Assembly (NCBI GenBank): GCA_017860635.1
Contig: JAGDMK010000002.1
Span: 1-51,502, forward strand
Direction: 5' to 3'
Source: Bacteroidota bacterium
Lineage (GTDB): Bacteria > Bacteroidota > Ignavibacteria > UBA10030 > UBA6906
DNA: 51,502 bases
A program made the translations under genes and the position numbers. The notes below the pieces were generated by a model that saw nothing but the letters and a program-made list of their open reading frames with translations, did no database searches and was not told where the DNA came from. Shown piece by piece: positions 38,123 to 47,181 of the stretch. Every line of letters starts with the position of its first letter. The stretch's first letter is position 1.

Positions 38123-39688
38123 TCATTCCCCGGCCTTTTCCAGCTTTTCCAGCGCATCCTCTACACGTGATTCAAGCCGGTCCTGGTAATCGTAATCGTC
38201 GAACTCATCCACCATTTCGAACGCCTTTCGTGCCTCTGCACTTCGTCCCGTCTGTGCGTAGGCCTGGCCGAGCGTGAAGTATCCGTGGGGGAGAACCCAT
38301 CTCTCCTCCGCAGGCCGGAGTGCCAGCAATTGTTTGGACGTCTCCTCAACGTCCTGGTAGCGTTTGAGTTCGTATTGGAGCTGCATCAGACCGAGAAGAG
38401 CCCTCGAGCGGATTTCGATATCGTTTCCCGATGATGCGACCGCTGCGGTATAGAGCCTGAAGGCGGAGTCGTATGCTTTGACATTCATCTCGTTCTCGGC
38501 GCGGATGATGTCCGCTTCAGCCCCGGAGATCGGATGGCGCAGGCTGTACTGGGCGCGCCGGTAGTAGTAGGCTGCCATCGGCCCCCACATCTCGTTGTCC
38601 TTCCGGGCACGCGCGAACGCTGCCACTGCAGCATTCCGATCTCCGTTCAGCTCATGCGCAACACCGATCCGGTACCATGTCCGGCTCCAGGCACTCTGGC
38701 TGTTCTGGCCGGAGTCGGAATACAACGCATAGTGTTTTTGTGAGTTCGCAAAGTCATTCCGTGAATAGTAGATACTGCCCAGTGTGCTATGAAGGATGTT
38801 CTCGACAAACCGGATCGGTCTGCGTGAATTTCGCTCCATAGCTTTCAGGGCATCGGCCATGGCCTCATCCAGCTGGCCCGTGCGCTGGTACCAGCTGGCC
38901 CTGAGCATCAGGAAAAGGGAATTCTCGGGATATTCAGTACAGAGCTGGTTGATATAGGCGAAGGCTTCGTCCTGCCGGTGCTCGCTGAACAGGAATTGTG
39001 CAAGATACAGCCGGGCTTCGTTGCGCGTGTAGATGCCCTTCTCGGCAGCAGTCTTGAGCATTTGCAGCCCACCTTCGCGGTCCGGCGTGATGCCGAGCAG
39101 CTTCATCATCCAGTGCAGCGACCGCGGCGCTTTTGCCACGAGATAGCGGAACAGGCCGAATCCCATGTGGGCGTCGTACAGATCAGGTCTCTCCTCAACA
39201 GCTTCTTCCAGGTAAAGATATCCCTTGCGTCCTTCCGTGACAGCCTTGACGAGCGACCCCTCCGTCTGCCATAGCATCCCGCGATAGCCATAGATGCCGC
39301 CAAGATAGAACTTCGCCATCGCATCGTGTTCGTTGTTCTCCAGCAACTGCTCGCACACAGAGATCACATAGTCTGACTGTTTCATGAACGCATCGAAGTG
39401 TCTCTTGTCGCGTTCAAGCGCATACAGAGAGAAGTGGACGATGCTCTTGAAGAAATATCCACGCGGATCTTCCGGAGCCATCCGCGCAACCGAATCGAAC
39501 CGCTGTATGGCCGCATCGGTCTCAAGGCGGTAGAACCGGTCAATGCCGCGGTTGGTAATCTCGTGGACCAGCGCCCAGTCAATCGATCCGGGATCAGCAG
39601 CGCGGGTGTGAACCGGCACCGCAAGGGTGCCGAGCACTATCAGAAGAACGATTACTCTACACACTCGCGTATGCTTCCGTCTACTCAT
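38123..39688 (-). CDS. Exported tetratricopeptide-repeat protein (DUF3808-like N-terminal half)
   Basis: Signal peptide; TPR-like helices (AKFYLGGIYGYRG, DAHMGFGLF, LGSIYYSRNDF, LGQAYAQTGR). Confidence 0.85.
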   Translation of the reverse strand: MSRRKHTRVCRVIVLLIVLGTLAVPVHTRAADPGSIDWALVHEITNRGIDRFYRLETDAAIQRFDSVARMAPEDPRGYFFKSIVHFSLYALERDKRHFDAFMKQSDYVISVCEQLLENNEHDAMAKFYLGGIYGYRGMLWQTEGSLVKAVTEGRKGYLYLEEAVEERPDLYDAHMGFGLFRYLVAKAPRSLHWMMKLLGITPDREGGLQMLKTAAEKGIYTRNEARLYLAQFLFSEHRQDEAFAYINQLCTEYPENSLFLMLRASWYQRTGQLDEAMADALKAMERNSRRPIRFVENILHSTLGSIYYSRNDFANSQKHYALYSDSGQNSQSAWSRTWYRIGVAHELNGDRNAAVAAFARARKDNEMWGPMAAYYYRRAQYSLRHPISGAEADIIRAENEMNVKAYDSAFRLYTAAVASSGNDIEIRSRALLGLMQLQYELKRYQDVEETSKQLLALRPAEERWVLPHGYFTLGQAYAQTGRSAEARKAFEMVDEFDDYDYQDRLESRVEDALEKLEKAGE

Positions 39689-39860
39689 TGCACTCGACCT
39701 CTTGAAAGGGTTCCCAATAATCTACATGAATTCCGGATTGAAAGAAAGAGTTTGCCAGAGAGGGCGATTGACGTGTACGCGACGAGAGGTTTGCCAGAAG
39801 GGGGGAGAGCAACATGCTGATCGCGCCGGGGTGGCCCGGTGAGCTGGCACCGTAACGGGG

Positions 39861-40036
39861 CCCTCCGAGCTGAAGAGCTACGGGGGCCTCCGAGCTGAAG
39901 AGCTACGGCGGCTCTGCGGGCTGAAGAGGTTACAGCGCCTCTGCGGGCTGAAGAGGTTACGGCGCCTCTGCGAGCTGAAGAAGTTACGGCGGCTCTGCGG
40001 GCTGAAGAGGTTACGGCGGCTCTGCGAGCCGGGGAG
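39861..40036. repeat. Tandem array of a 25-27-bp unit, about 6.5 copies
   Basis: g(a/g)gctgaag units at 39867, 39892, 39918, 39945, 39972, 39999 and a degenerate one at 40026; consensus gggctgaagaggttacggcggctctgc. Confidence 0.93.
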
Positions 40037-40037
40037 C

Positions 40038-41240
40038 CTACGCGGCCCGGCGATGCCGGGACGAGGTCCGTGAAAACCCTGATGCAACAGTAACGCAGTA
40101 ACTCTCCATCAGGCGTGAGAAAACGCTTCCCCACGACTGCATGCGGGCTCGTGCAAGTGCTCGCAAACCATATGCGTCGCGTACTGACGGCTGGCTGAGG
40201 AGAAGGGATGTCTGATGAGCGCAGTCTTCAGCATCCCTGGGCCGGAAGAGCCGGCCTGTCGTGCCGTGCTCAATGAGGTCCGCAGCGCCTCCTGCATCGG
40301 CACAGACCGGAACCACTCCCGACGCCATGGCTTCAAGGATGACATTGCCGAATGTTTCCGTCGTCGAGGGGAAGAGAAAGATCTCGGATGAGGCAAAGGC
40401 CGTCGTCAAATCTTCTCCGCTCAGGTGTCCGAGGAAGAGTGCATCAGGGAGCAGTGCGGCGAGTTCAGCGCGGGCAGGGCCGTCTCCTGCAAGCACGAGT
40501 GCTGCGTCGCGATGGCGCGTGCGGAGAATGGTCCAGGCATCAACGAGCGTCCGCAGATCCTTTTCCCAGACCAACCTTCCGGCAAACAGGACGACGGTTT
40601 TGTCTTCGAGTCCGTGCGCCCGGCGCCACCCGTCGGAACGATGCCGGGGATGAAATACCTCTGCGTCGACACCGTGGGGGAGCCATTCGAGATTGTGAAT
40701 CCCCTGCGCGGCGAGCTCATTCAGGATTGGACGGGAGGGGACGTATACCCGTTCGCACCCATTGTAAAGAGAACGAAGGTAGTTCCAACCGCATGGCTCC
40801 AGGGCGGGCAGTTTGTAGTACGTGGCGTATTTCGGGAAATGCGTGTGATACGTGGCAACAACGGGGATCCCGAAATGCTGTCCGTACCGCACCGCGGCAC
40901 AGCCGAGTGAGCAGGGACTGTTGACGTGAATGACTGTGGGAGAAAACTGACGCAGGGCACGGGCGAATGCATTCCACCCTGGAAGGGCCAGTCGATAGTC
41001 GGGATACAACGGAAAACGGACCGACGGCACAAGGTGCATGGGAACCGGCTGTGCATTGTCCTCCGGGACGATGGCCGAAAAGCACTCGACGGGCGTTCCC
41101 GCAAGCAGAAGATGATCCAGAAGCTTGTACAACACCCGGGTGACACCGTCATGCCCAGGTCGCAGTGTGCCGTTAAAGAGCGCAACCCGGACGGATTGCC
41201 TTGCTGCCGACATATAAGAATTGTCGCTTCGCATGTTCAT
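40038..41240 (-). CDS. GT4 family glycosyltransferase (PimB/MgtA-like)
   Basis: DGVTRVL, VATYHTHF, GVDAEVFHP, GRLVWEKD, GDGP, FPSTTETFGNVILEAMASG (EX7E); start 41240 or 41234. Confidence 0.92.
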   Translation of the reverse strand: MNMRSDNSYMSAARQSVRVALFNGTLRPGHDGVTRVLYKLLDHLLLAGTPVECFSAIVPEDNAQPVPMHLVPSVRFPLYPDYRLALPGWNAFARALRQFSPTVIHVNSPCSLGCAAVRYGQHFGIPVVATYHTHFPKYATYYKLPALEPCGWNYLRSLYNGCERVYVPSRPILNELAAQGIHNLEWLPHGVDAEVFHPRHRSDGWRRAHGLEDKTVVLFAGRLVWEKDLRTLVDAWTILRTRHRDAALVLAGDGPARAELAALLPDALFLGHLSGEDLTTAFASSEIFLFPSTTETFGNVILEAMASGVVPVCADAGGAADLIEHGTTGRLFRPRDAEDCAHQTSLLLSQPSVRDAYGLRALARARMQSWGSVFSRLMESYCVTVASGFSRTSSRHRRAA

Positions 41241-41377
41241 TCCCGTTCCTCGCCCTTTGTCCAGGGTTTCGTGTCGGCACAGATCTACCAGTGTATACGG
41301 GTAGAATGAAGCGGGGTTTTGGCCAAACCGGCCGGATTTTGTGCTCTTTCCGGCAATTGCGATTCGTCTCTGCCTAT

Positions 41378-41406
41378 TTGCGAATGAGAATTGGAAGTTG
41401 TATACT
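41378..41406 (+). promoter_or_regulatory. sigma70-type promoter
   Basis: TTGCGA-17 nt-TATACT in the divergent intergenic region. Confidence 0.65.
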
Positions 41407-41458
41407 TCTCGGGTTCCTCCTAACCCACCACATCCTTTCAACAATCGCAGAGGCGACT

Positions 41459-41884
41459 ATGAATAAGCAAGGCTGGATCAGCTTCGTCGCGGTCGTGGTC
41501 CTCTTCTTCGTTCTGGGTTATCTCGTGGATGGCGTCTTGCTGGCGTCTTCGTACGAGGCCACAAAGGACCTATGGCGCCCCGACATGATGTCTCTCATGT
41601 GGGTGTTCTACGTGATCATGGTCGTGGGGGCTTTCTTCTTTGTTCTTGTCTTCTCGCGCGGGTATGAGGGGAAGGGCATTATGGAGGGAATCCGGTACGG
41701 ACTCTATATCGGCATCTGGATGGGAATTGGTATGGCCTACGGCACCTATGGAATGATCGCCATTCCCTATTCAATGGCAATCACCTGGTTCTTCTCGACC
41801 ATTGTCCAGTATGTCCTGGCCGGGATAGTTACCGCGGCGATCTTCGGTAAGAAGGCCATGGTGACGCGCGTACCACAGGCCTGA
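41459..41884 (+). CDS. Small four-TM membrane protein (DUF1761-like)
   Basis: ATG at 41459 after gagg; four hydrophobic helices; G.RYGL.IG motif. Confidence 0.75.
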   Translation: MNKQGWISFVAVVVLFFVLGYLVDGVLLASSYEATKDLWRPDMMSLMWVFYVIMVVGAFFFVLVFSRGYEGKGIMEGIRYGLYIGIWMGIGMAYGTYGMIAIPYSMAITWFFSTIVQYVLAGIVTAAIFGKKAMVTRVPQA

Positions 41885-41935
41885 TGCGGTACGCCAGAAA
41901 TGCCGATACGCTTCTGACAAAACCAGAAAGACCCT

Positions 41936-42148
41936 ATGGTGCCGACTCCTTCGCCAGCAGTATGCCTGAGCTGTGGCCGTTCAGAGATCGACTTTCCTGT
42001 GCTCGTGCTGCGCCTTGCCCACCGGGAGACGTATATCTGTCCGCAATGCCTGCCTGCACTGATCCATCATCCCGACCGGTTAACTGAAAAGCTGATCAGC
42101 GAAGGGTTGAAGGCACCCGGAGGAACGACGACCGATCTTCAGGCGTAA
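41936..42148 (+). CDS. Small putative zinc-binding protein
   Basis: CLSC...ICPQCLPALIH (two CxxC); sits in-line between neighbouring genes. Confidence 0.65.
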   Translation: MVPTPSPAVCLSCGRSEIDFPVLVLRLAHRETYICPQCLPALIHHPDRLTEKLISEGLKAPGGTTTDLQA

Positions 42149-42154
42149 GAGGAA

Positions 42155-44557
42155 ATGGACACATCCCGGCAAAACACTCTTCGAGCACTTGCCACACCCC
42201 GGATCATCCTGGTTGCAGTTTCCTTCGGTGCGGCAGCGCTGTTCACCATGCTTGCGGGGTTGCACATCCGTTTCCCCGGAACGGGGATCATTGCGGATCC
42301 CATGGAAGTGTTTGTCGCCATCGGGGCTGCATTCACCGGACCGGTGGGAGGGGTCATCATTGGAATACTTTCCGGTCTGGGTGATCCGGATCCGTCGGTT
42401 CGCCTCTATTCTATCGCCATGCACGTCGTGGGCTGCGTCTGGATCGGGTGGGCATACAAGCGCCTGGTCCACGATCGCCTGCGCATGCCCGCATTTCTTC
42501 TGGGATGGAATGCAGTCCTGTTAGTGTATTTTTTTGTGTGTACGCTTCCGGTTCTCCTCCTGGTGCGGATGCTGTTCCCGGAGTTCTCGGCCACCATCCT
42601 GGATCAGAATCTCCCGCTGTCCGAAGCAATTGTCGTACTGATGGGCGGGTGGGTCTTTGGGTACATCCTGACCGCGTGCACGACGTCTCTTGTCTTCCTG
42701 GTCCTCCCCCGTCATTTCCGGGCGCCTCTCTGGAGCTATGGGTGGAGGGATGCCGTCCGGCAGGCCCGGGCTCCCGGCGGGTATCGCCGCATCCTGGGCC
42801 TCCGGCTCACCTTCTGGTTTCTCCTGCTCTCGCTTCTTCCTCTCGCCATCGTAGCAGTGTTCATCCGCAATAATCTGAAGACCGTTGTTTTCGAGCAGCG
42901 TGCAGAGGGAGAACTGGAACTTGTCCGCGTGCTGACGCACGAACTTGTCCTGACCGGTGGCACGCCGGGCACGAGTGGAAACCGGGACAGTCCCCTCTAC
43001 GGACTGGACGACTGGTTTGTCCTTGACACTCTGCAGCAGTACATCACGCATACGGACACGGCACGCATCGGCCGCTCAGCACGGCAGGACTTCTCTTCTC
43101 TTACGCTTGCCCGACTTGCAGAGGATGTGGATGGTTTCGTCGAGGACGATGATTCCGGGATGCTCCTGATCTTTGCACAGGTGCCCGGAAAGCCGTGGAA
43201 GGCCGTCATCACGAGGCCGTCCGACGAGATCCTTGCGACACTCCGCCTGTTCGAGCAAACATCGTTTTTCCGGCTGGCGATGGCGCTCCTGATTCTGTCG
43301 GCAACCGCAGGACTCATTATCTGGCTGATCGTCGGAAGTCCCATGCGCCGTCTGACCGATGCTGTGCAGCGTTTTGGGAAAGGGGAGCGGGAGGTCCGCG
43401 TCGACACGCAGACGATGGCTGACGAGATTGAGATCCTGGGTGGCGCCTTCAATGAGATGGCGGAGAACATCGGGATTCTGCATTCCGGCCTTGAACAGGA
43501 GATCCGCGACCGGCGCCAGGCAGAGAAGGCGCTGAGGGAAAGCGAACACAAATTCCAGCAGATGGCGGAGCTCCTGCCCCAGCCTGTCTTCGAAACCGAT
43601 GCAGACGGGCGGATCACATTTGCCAACCGCGCCGCCTTTTCGGCATTCGGCTATGGGGCCGAAGATCTTGCCCGGGGATTCTCGATTCTGGATATGGTGA
43701 GCTCCGGAGATCGTGTCCGTGCCACGCAGGACACGCGTCGCGTCCTGGAAGGAAATGAGAGCGGCGGCAATGAATACCAGATGCAGCGCCGCGATGGAAC
43801 CGAATTCCCCGCTCTTGTCTATACTGCAGCCATTCTCTCGGAAAACCGGCCTGCAGGAATCCGTGGCATCGTCGTGGACATCACGGAACAGAAACACGCC
43901 GCCGGAGTGCTGCAGCAGGCAGTCCACGAAAAAGAGATACTGCTCAAAGAGGTTCACCATCGGGTGAAGAATAACCTCCAGATTATCTCCAGCCTGTTGA
44001 ATCTGCAGGCCGAAGCGCTCAATGATCCGCGCGACCGGGCGCTGTTCATGGAGAGCGAGACCCGCGTTCGCTCCATGGCGCTCATCCACGAGCGCCTGTA
44101 CAAGTCGGAGGATTTTGCGCGCGTCGAATTCAAGGAATACATCGAGTCGCTTGTGGTGTCGCTGTTTCATTCATTCGGGCACGGCGGAGTGACCTACCAT
44201 GTGGATGTTGAAGAAGTCCGCCTTCCCATCGATGTCGCTATCCCGTGCGGACTCATTGTCAATGAGCTCATTACCAACGCACTGAAACACGCTTTTCCCG
44301 GAGGGCGGCTGGGGCACATCACGGTGTCGCTCCATCAGGAAAGCGACGGCACATTCATCCTTGAAGTGCAGGACAACGGAATCGGGCTCCCTGAAGATCT
44401 GCGTCCGTCGGAGGCGAAAAGCCTGGGTCTGCATCTGGTCAGCATCCTCACGCGCCAATTACAGGGAGAACTGGAAATCCAGCGTGGTGACGGAACACTG
44501 TTTCGCGTTCATTTCGGGATTTCCGTGCCGCAGCTTGCGGATGCAAAGGCGGAGTGA
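42155..44557 (+). CDS. Membrane sensor histidine kinase (5TM-LYT-like region, Cache-like domain, HAMP, PAS, HisKA_2, HATPase)
   Basis: GAAFTGPVGG TM motif; HAMP DEIEILGGAFNEMA; PAS FETDADGRITFAN; EVHHRVKNNLQ H-box; NELITNALKHAF, DNGIG, SLGL. Confidence 0.93.
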   Translation: MDTSRQNTLRALATPRIILVAVSFGAAALFTMLAGLHIRFPGTGIIADPMEVFVAIGAAFTGPVGGVIIGILSGLGDPDPSVRLYSIAMHVVGCVWIGWAYKRLVHDRLRMPAFLLGWNAVLLVYFFVCTLPVLLLVRMLFPEFSATILDQNLPLSEAIVVLMGGWVFGYILTACTTSLVFLVLPRHFRAPLWSYGWRDAVRQARAPGGYRRILGLRLTFWFLLLSLLPLAIVAVFIRNNLKTVVFEQRAEGELELVRVLTHELVLTGGTPGTSGNRDSPLYGLDDWFVLDTLQQYITHTDTARIGRSARQDFSSLTLARLAEDVDGFVEDDDSGMLLIFAQVPGKPWKAVITRPSDEILATLRLFEQTSFFRLAMALLILSATAGLIIWLIVGSPMRRLTDAVQRFGKGEREVRVDTQTMADEIEILGGAFNEMAENIGILHSGLEQEIRDRRQAEKALRESEHKFQQMAELLPQPVFETDADGRITFANRAAFSAFGYGAEDLARGFSILDMVSSGDRVRATQDTRRVLEGNESGGNEYQMQRRDGTEFPALVYTAAILSENRPAGIRGIVVDITEQKHAAGVLQQAVHEKEILLKEVHHRVKNNLQIISSLLNLQAEALNDPRDRALFMESETRVRSMALIHERLYKSEDFARVEFKEYIESLVVSLFHSFGHGGVTYHVDVEEVRLPIDVAIPCGLIVNELITNALKHAFPGGRLGHITVSLHQESDGTFILEVQDNGIGLPEDLRPSEAKSLGLHLVSILTRQLQGELEIQRGDGTLFRVHFGISVPQLADAKAE

Positions 44558-44584
44558 ACCATGGTTGAGAAAGGATAGTATTGT

Positions 44585-44911
44585 ATGGGATACCTGCTGC
44601 TGGCGTTCGCCGTTGTCCTGAATTCTGCGGCAAATGTGCTCTTCAAGCATGCTTCAGGACTGCCTGTCTGGACGCTCGAAAAAGGGGGACTCTTTCTGGT
44701 TGCCCTTGCACTGGGTCTCGGCAATACGCTGCTCTATATCAAGTCGCTTGAAAAGCTCGAGCTCGGGGTCGCCTATCCGCTTCTCTCCGCGGCAAGCATT
44801 CTGCTGATTGCCGGCCTGTCCGTAGCCTTTTTTAAGGAAGCCATGAGCACGCAGAAGATCGTCGCCCTGAGCACGATTTTCGTCGGGATGGCTTTGCTCT
44901 GGAAGGCCTAG
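44585..44911 (+). CDS. SMR/EamA-like small membrane transporter (ArnE/EmrE-like)
   Basis: 108 aa, four TM helices; ANVLFK, LELGVAYP, FFKE motifs. Confidence 0.8.
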   Translation: MGYLLLAFAVVLNSAANVLFKHASGLPVWTLEKGGLFLVALALGLGNTLLYIKSLEKLELGVAYPLLSAASILLIAGLSVAFFKEAMSTQKIVALSTIFVGMALLWKA

Positions 44912-45017
44912 CAGCATTGGATGTCCGGATGTGCGGATGAGAGACGCGCGATGTTGCCAATTTTTGCCTCTGCCCCGCGTGCCGGCGTCTTTCTTCTCCT
45001 GTGTCGATCGTGCCTTT

Positions 45018-45046
45018 TTGATTCCGTCCCCTCCGTATCGTATCTT
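45018..45046 (+). promoter_or_regulatory. Promoter of the peptidase-hypD operon (probably leaderless)
   Basis: TTGATT-17 nt-TATCTT ending 5 nt before the ATG at 45052; no SD visible. Confidence 0.55.
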
Positions 45047-45051
45047 CAACT

Positions 45052-46261
45052 ATGCCCCATGAACTGATCAGAGAGAAGATCCAGCAGGCTACGGCGCTCC
45101 TTCCGGAGTTTGGAATCGATTGCTGGATCACGTTCGTTCGTGAAACGAGCCTGAACGGCGATCCTGTCCTTCCGTACCTCGTGGCATCAGATCTCACATG
45201 GCAGAGTGCGTTGATCTTCGGAGGCGATGATCTTCGGAGGCGATGGCAGCCGGACGGCCGTCGTGGGCAAATACGACCGTCAGATGGTGGTCGACACCGG
45301 CGCCTATGACCGGGTGCTGGATTATGTCGAAGGAATGCGTGCTCCATTGCTGGCAGAACTGGCCAGGCTTGCGCCTCGCCGGATCGCACTCAACTATTCG
45401 ATGGATTCCGAAATCTGTGATGGCATAACGCACGGCATGTATCTCACCATGATGGGATACCTGAGCGAAGCGGGGCTTGCCGACCGTGTTGTTTCTGCGG
45501 AAGGGCTGCTGTCCGCCCTTCGCCAGCGAAAGACCCCCGCTGAACTTGAACGGTTGCGCGAAGCCATTCGCCACACGGAAGAAATCTATGACGCCGCAGA
45601 ACAGTGTATCCGGCCGGGGATGAGTGAAGCCGATGTTGCCGCGTTCATGCGAACAGAGGTGGAGCGCCGGCACCTGGGGTTTGCCTGGGACCCGCACACA
45701 TGTCCGTCTGTCTTTTCCGGTCCGGACACCGCCGGAGCGCACTACGGCCCGACGGGCCGCACCATCGCACATGGCCATGTTCTGAACATGGATTTTGGTG
45801 TGCGTGTTGAGGGATATGTCTCAGACATTCAACGCACGTACTACATCCTGCGCCCGGGAGAGACGCGTGCGCCGGTGGAGGTCGAGCAGGGATTCGCAAC
45901 GATCCGTGATGCCATCGAGAGCGCGCGTGCTGCCATCCGGCCGGGTGTTGAAGGCATCGGAGTGGACTCAGCAGCCCGGACTGCAATCACCAGTCGGGGC
46001 TACGAGGAGTTTCCCCATGCGGTGGGTCATCAGGTCGGGAGGTTTGCGCACGACGGGACCGCGCTGCTGGCACCGGCATGGGAAAAATACGGCCGGAAAC
46101 CCTTTGTGCCGCTTGAAGAAGGAATGGTCTTTACAATTGAGCCGCGCCTGACGGTTGAATCGTACGGCATTGTGACAGTGGAAGAGATGATTGTGGTGAC
46201 ACATGACGGCGCAGAGTACCTTTCCCGACCCCAGACAGCGTTACGGCTCATCCGTGCATAA
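45052..46261 (+). pseudogene. Xaa-Pro aminopeptidase/prolidase (M24) frameshifted by a 16-bp tandem duplication
   Basis: ORFs 45052-45309 and 45227-46261 join into a 397-aa protein if one copy of tgatcttcggaggcga is removed; metal ligands MDFG, SDIQR, HAVGH, IEP and VEE are intact. Confidence 0.85.
45212..45243. repeat. Perfect 16-bp tandem duplication
   Basis: tgatcttcggaggcga x2. Confidence 0.97.
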
Positions 46262-47177
46262 CCATACGCCGTCCGTGACAGGAACAATCTTCGATGTCAT
46301 GCGGTTCGCGGTCAATGACGGTCCGGGGATACGAACGACGGTCTTTCTGAAGGGCTGCCTTCTTTCATGCTGGTGGTGCCACAATCCGGAAGGCCTTCAC
46401 CGCGGCATCGAAGTGGCATACAGGGTCGACCGGTGCATTCTCTGTGGCGAATGTGTTGATGCGTGCCCTCACCGCGCGCTTGCCCTGGAGGAAACGCGGG
46501 TGGTGCGTGACGAAGCCCAGTGCGTGCTCTGCGGCTCGTGTGCGGATGCATGTTACACGGAAGCCCAGGAGCGGATCGGACGGGACATCAGCGTGCGGGA
46601 TCTCCTCCAGGAAATTCTGAAGGATCGCGTTTTCTATGATGAGTCAGGAGGGGGAGTGACGTTCTCCGGAGGCGAGCCCCTTCTCCAGTTCGACTTCCTG
46701 CTTGCAGCGCTTTTGGCATGCAAGGAGCAGGAGGTTCACACAGCGGTGGAGACTTCCGGTCTTACATCGACGGAACATCTGGATCGGATACGCGCTGCCA
46801 CGGACCTCTTCCTGTTTGATGTGAAACTCGTGGACGAAGAGCGGCACAAACGATTCACGGGGGTGTCCAATACGCGCATCCTGGAGAACCTCAGGTTCCT
46901 GGCATCCGCCGGTGCGGCTGTGGTTGTGCGCCTCCCGCTCATTCCGGGTGTGAACGATGACGATGCAAACATCGACGCGCTGGCCGAGCTGCTCGCCGGC
47001 CTGGAGACGATTCGGGAGGTGCATCTCCTTCCCTACCATGCCGGTGCGTCGGCCAAGTACCGGAGCCTGGGTATGCGCGCCCGGATGGCAGATGCCCGTC
47101 CGCTGCCACGCGAGCGGGTTGAGGCGATCGCACGGTCGTTGAGTGCGCGTGGCTACACTGTACAGATTGGAGGGTGA
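46254..47177 (+). CDS. Glycyl-radical enzyme activating enzyme (HypD-AE) with ferredoxin insert
   Basis: DGPGIRTTVFLKGCLLSCWWCHNPE; CILCGECVDACP and CVLCGSCADAC; GGVTFSGGEP; LLPYH; start uncertain (46254/46275). Confidence 0.93.
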   Translation: MHNHTPSVTGTIFDVMRFAVNDGPGIRTTVFLKGCLLSCWWCHNPEGLHRGIEVAYRVDRCILCGECVDACPHRALALEETRVVRDEAQCVLCGSCADACYTEAQERIGRDISVRDLLQEILKDRVFYDESGGGVTFSGGEPLLQFDFLLAALLACKEQEVHTAVETSGLTSTEHLDRIRAATDLFLFDVKLVDEERHKRFTGVSNTRILENLRFLASAGAAVVVRLPLIPGVNDDDANIDALAELLAGLETIREVHLLPYHAGASAKYRSLGMRARMADARPLPRERVEAIARSLSARGYTVQIGG

Positions 47178-47181
47178 CAGA

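Noticed and set aside
39861-40036. CRISPR array or plasmid iterons
   Set aside because: No unique spacers, no rep gene and no AT-rich unwinding region.
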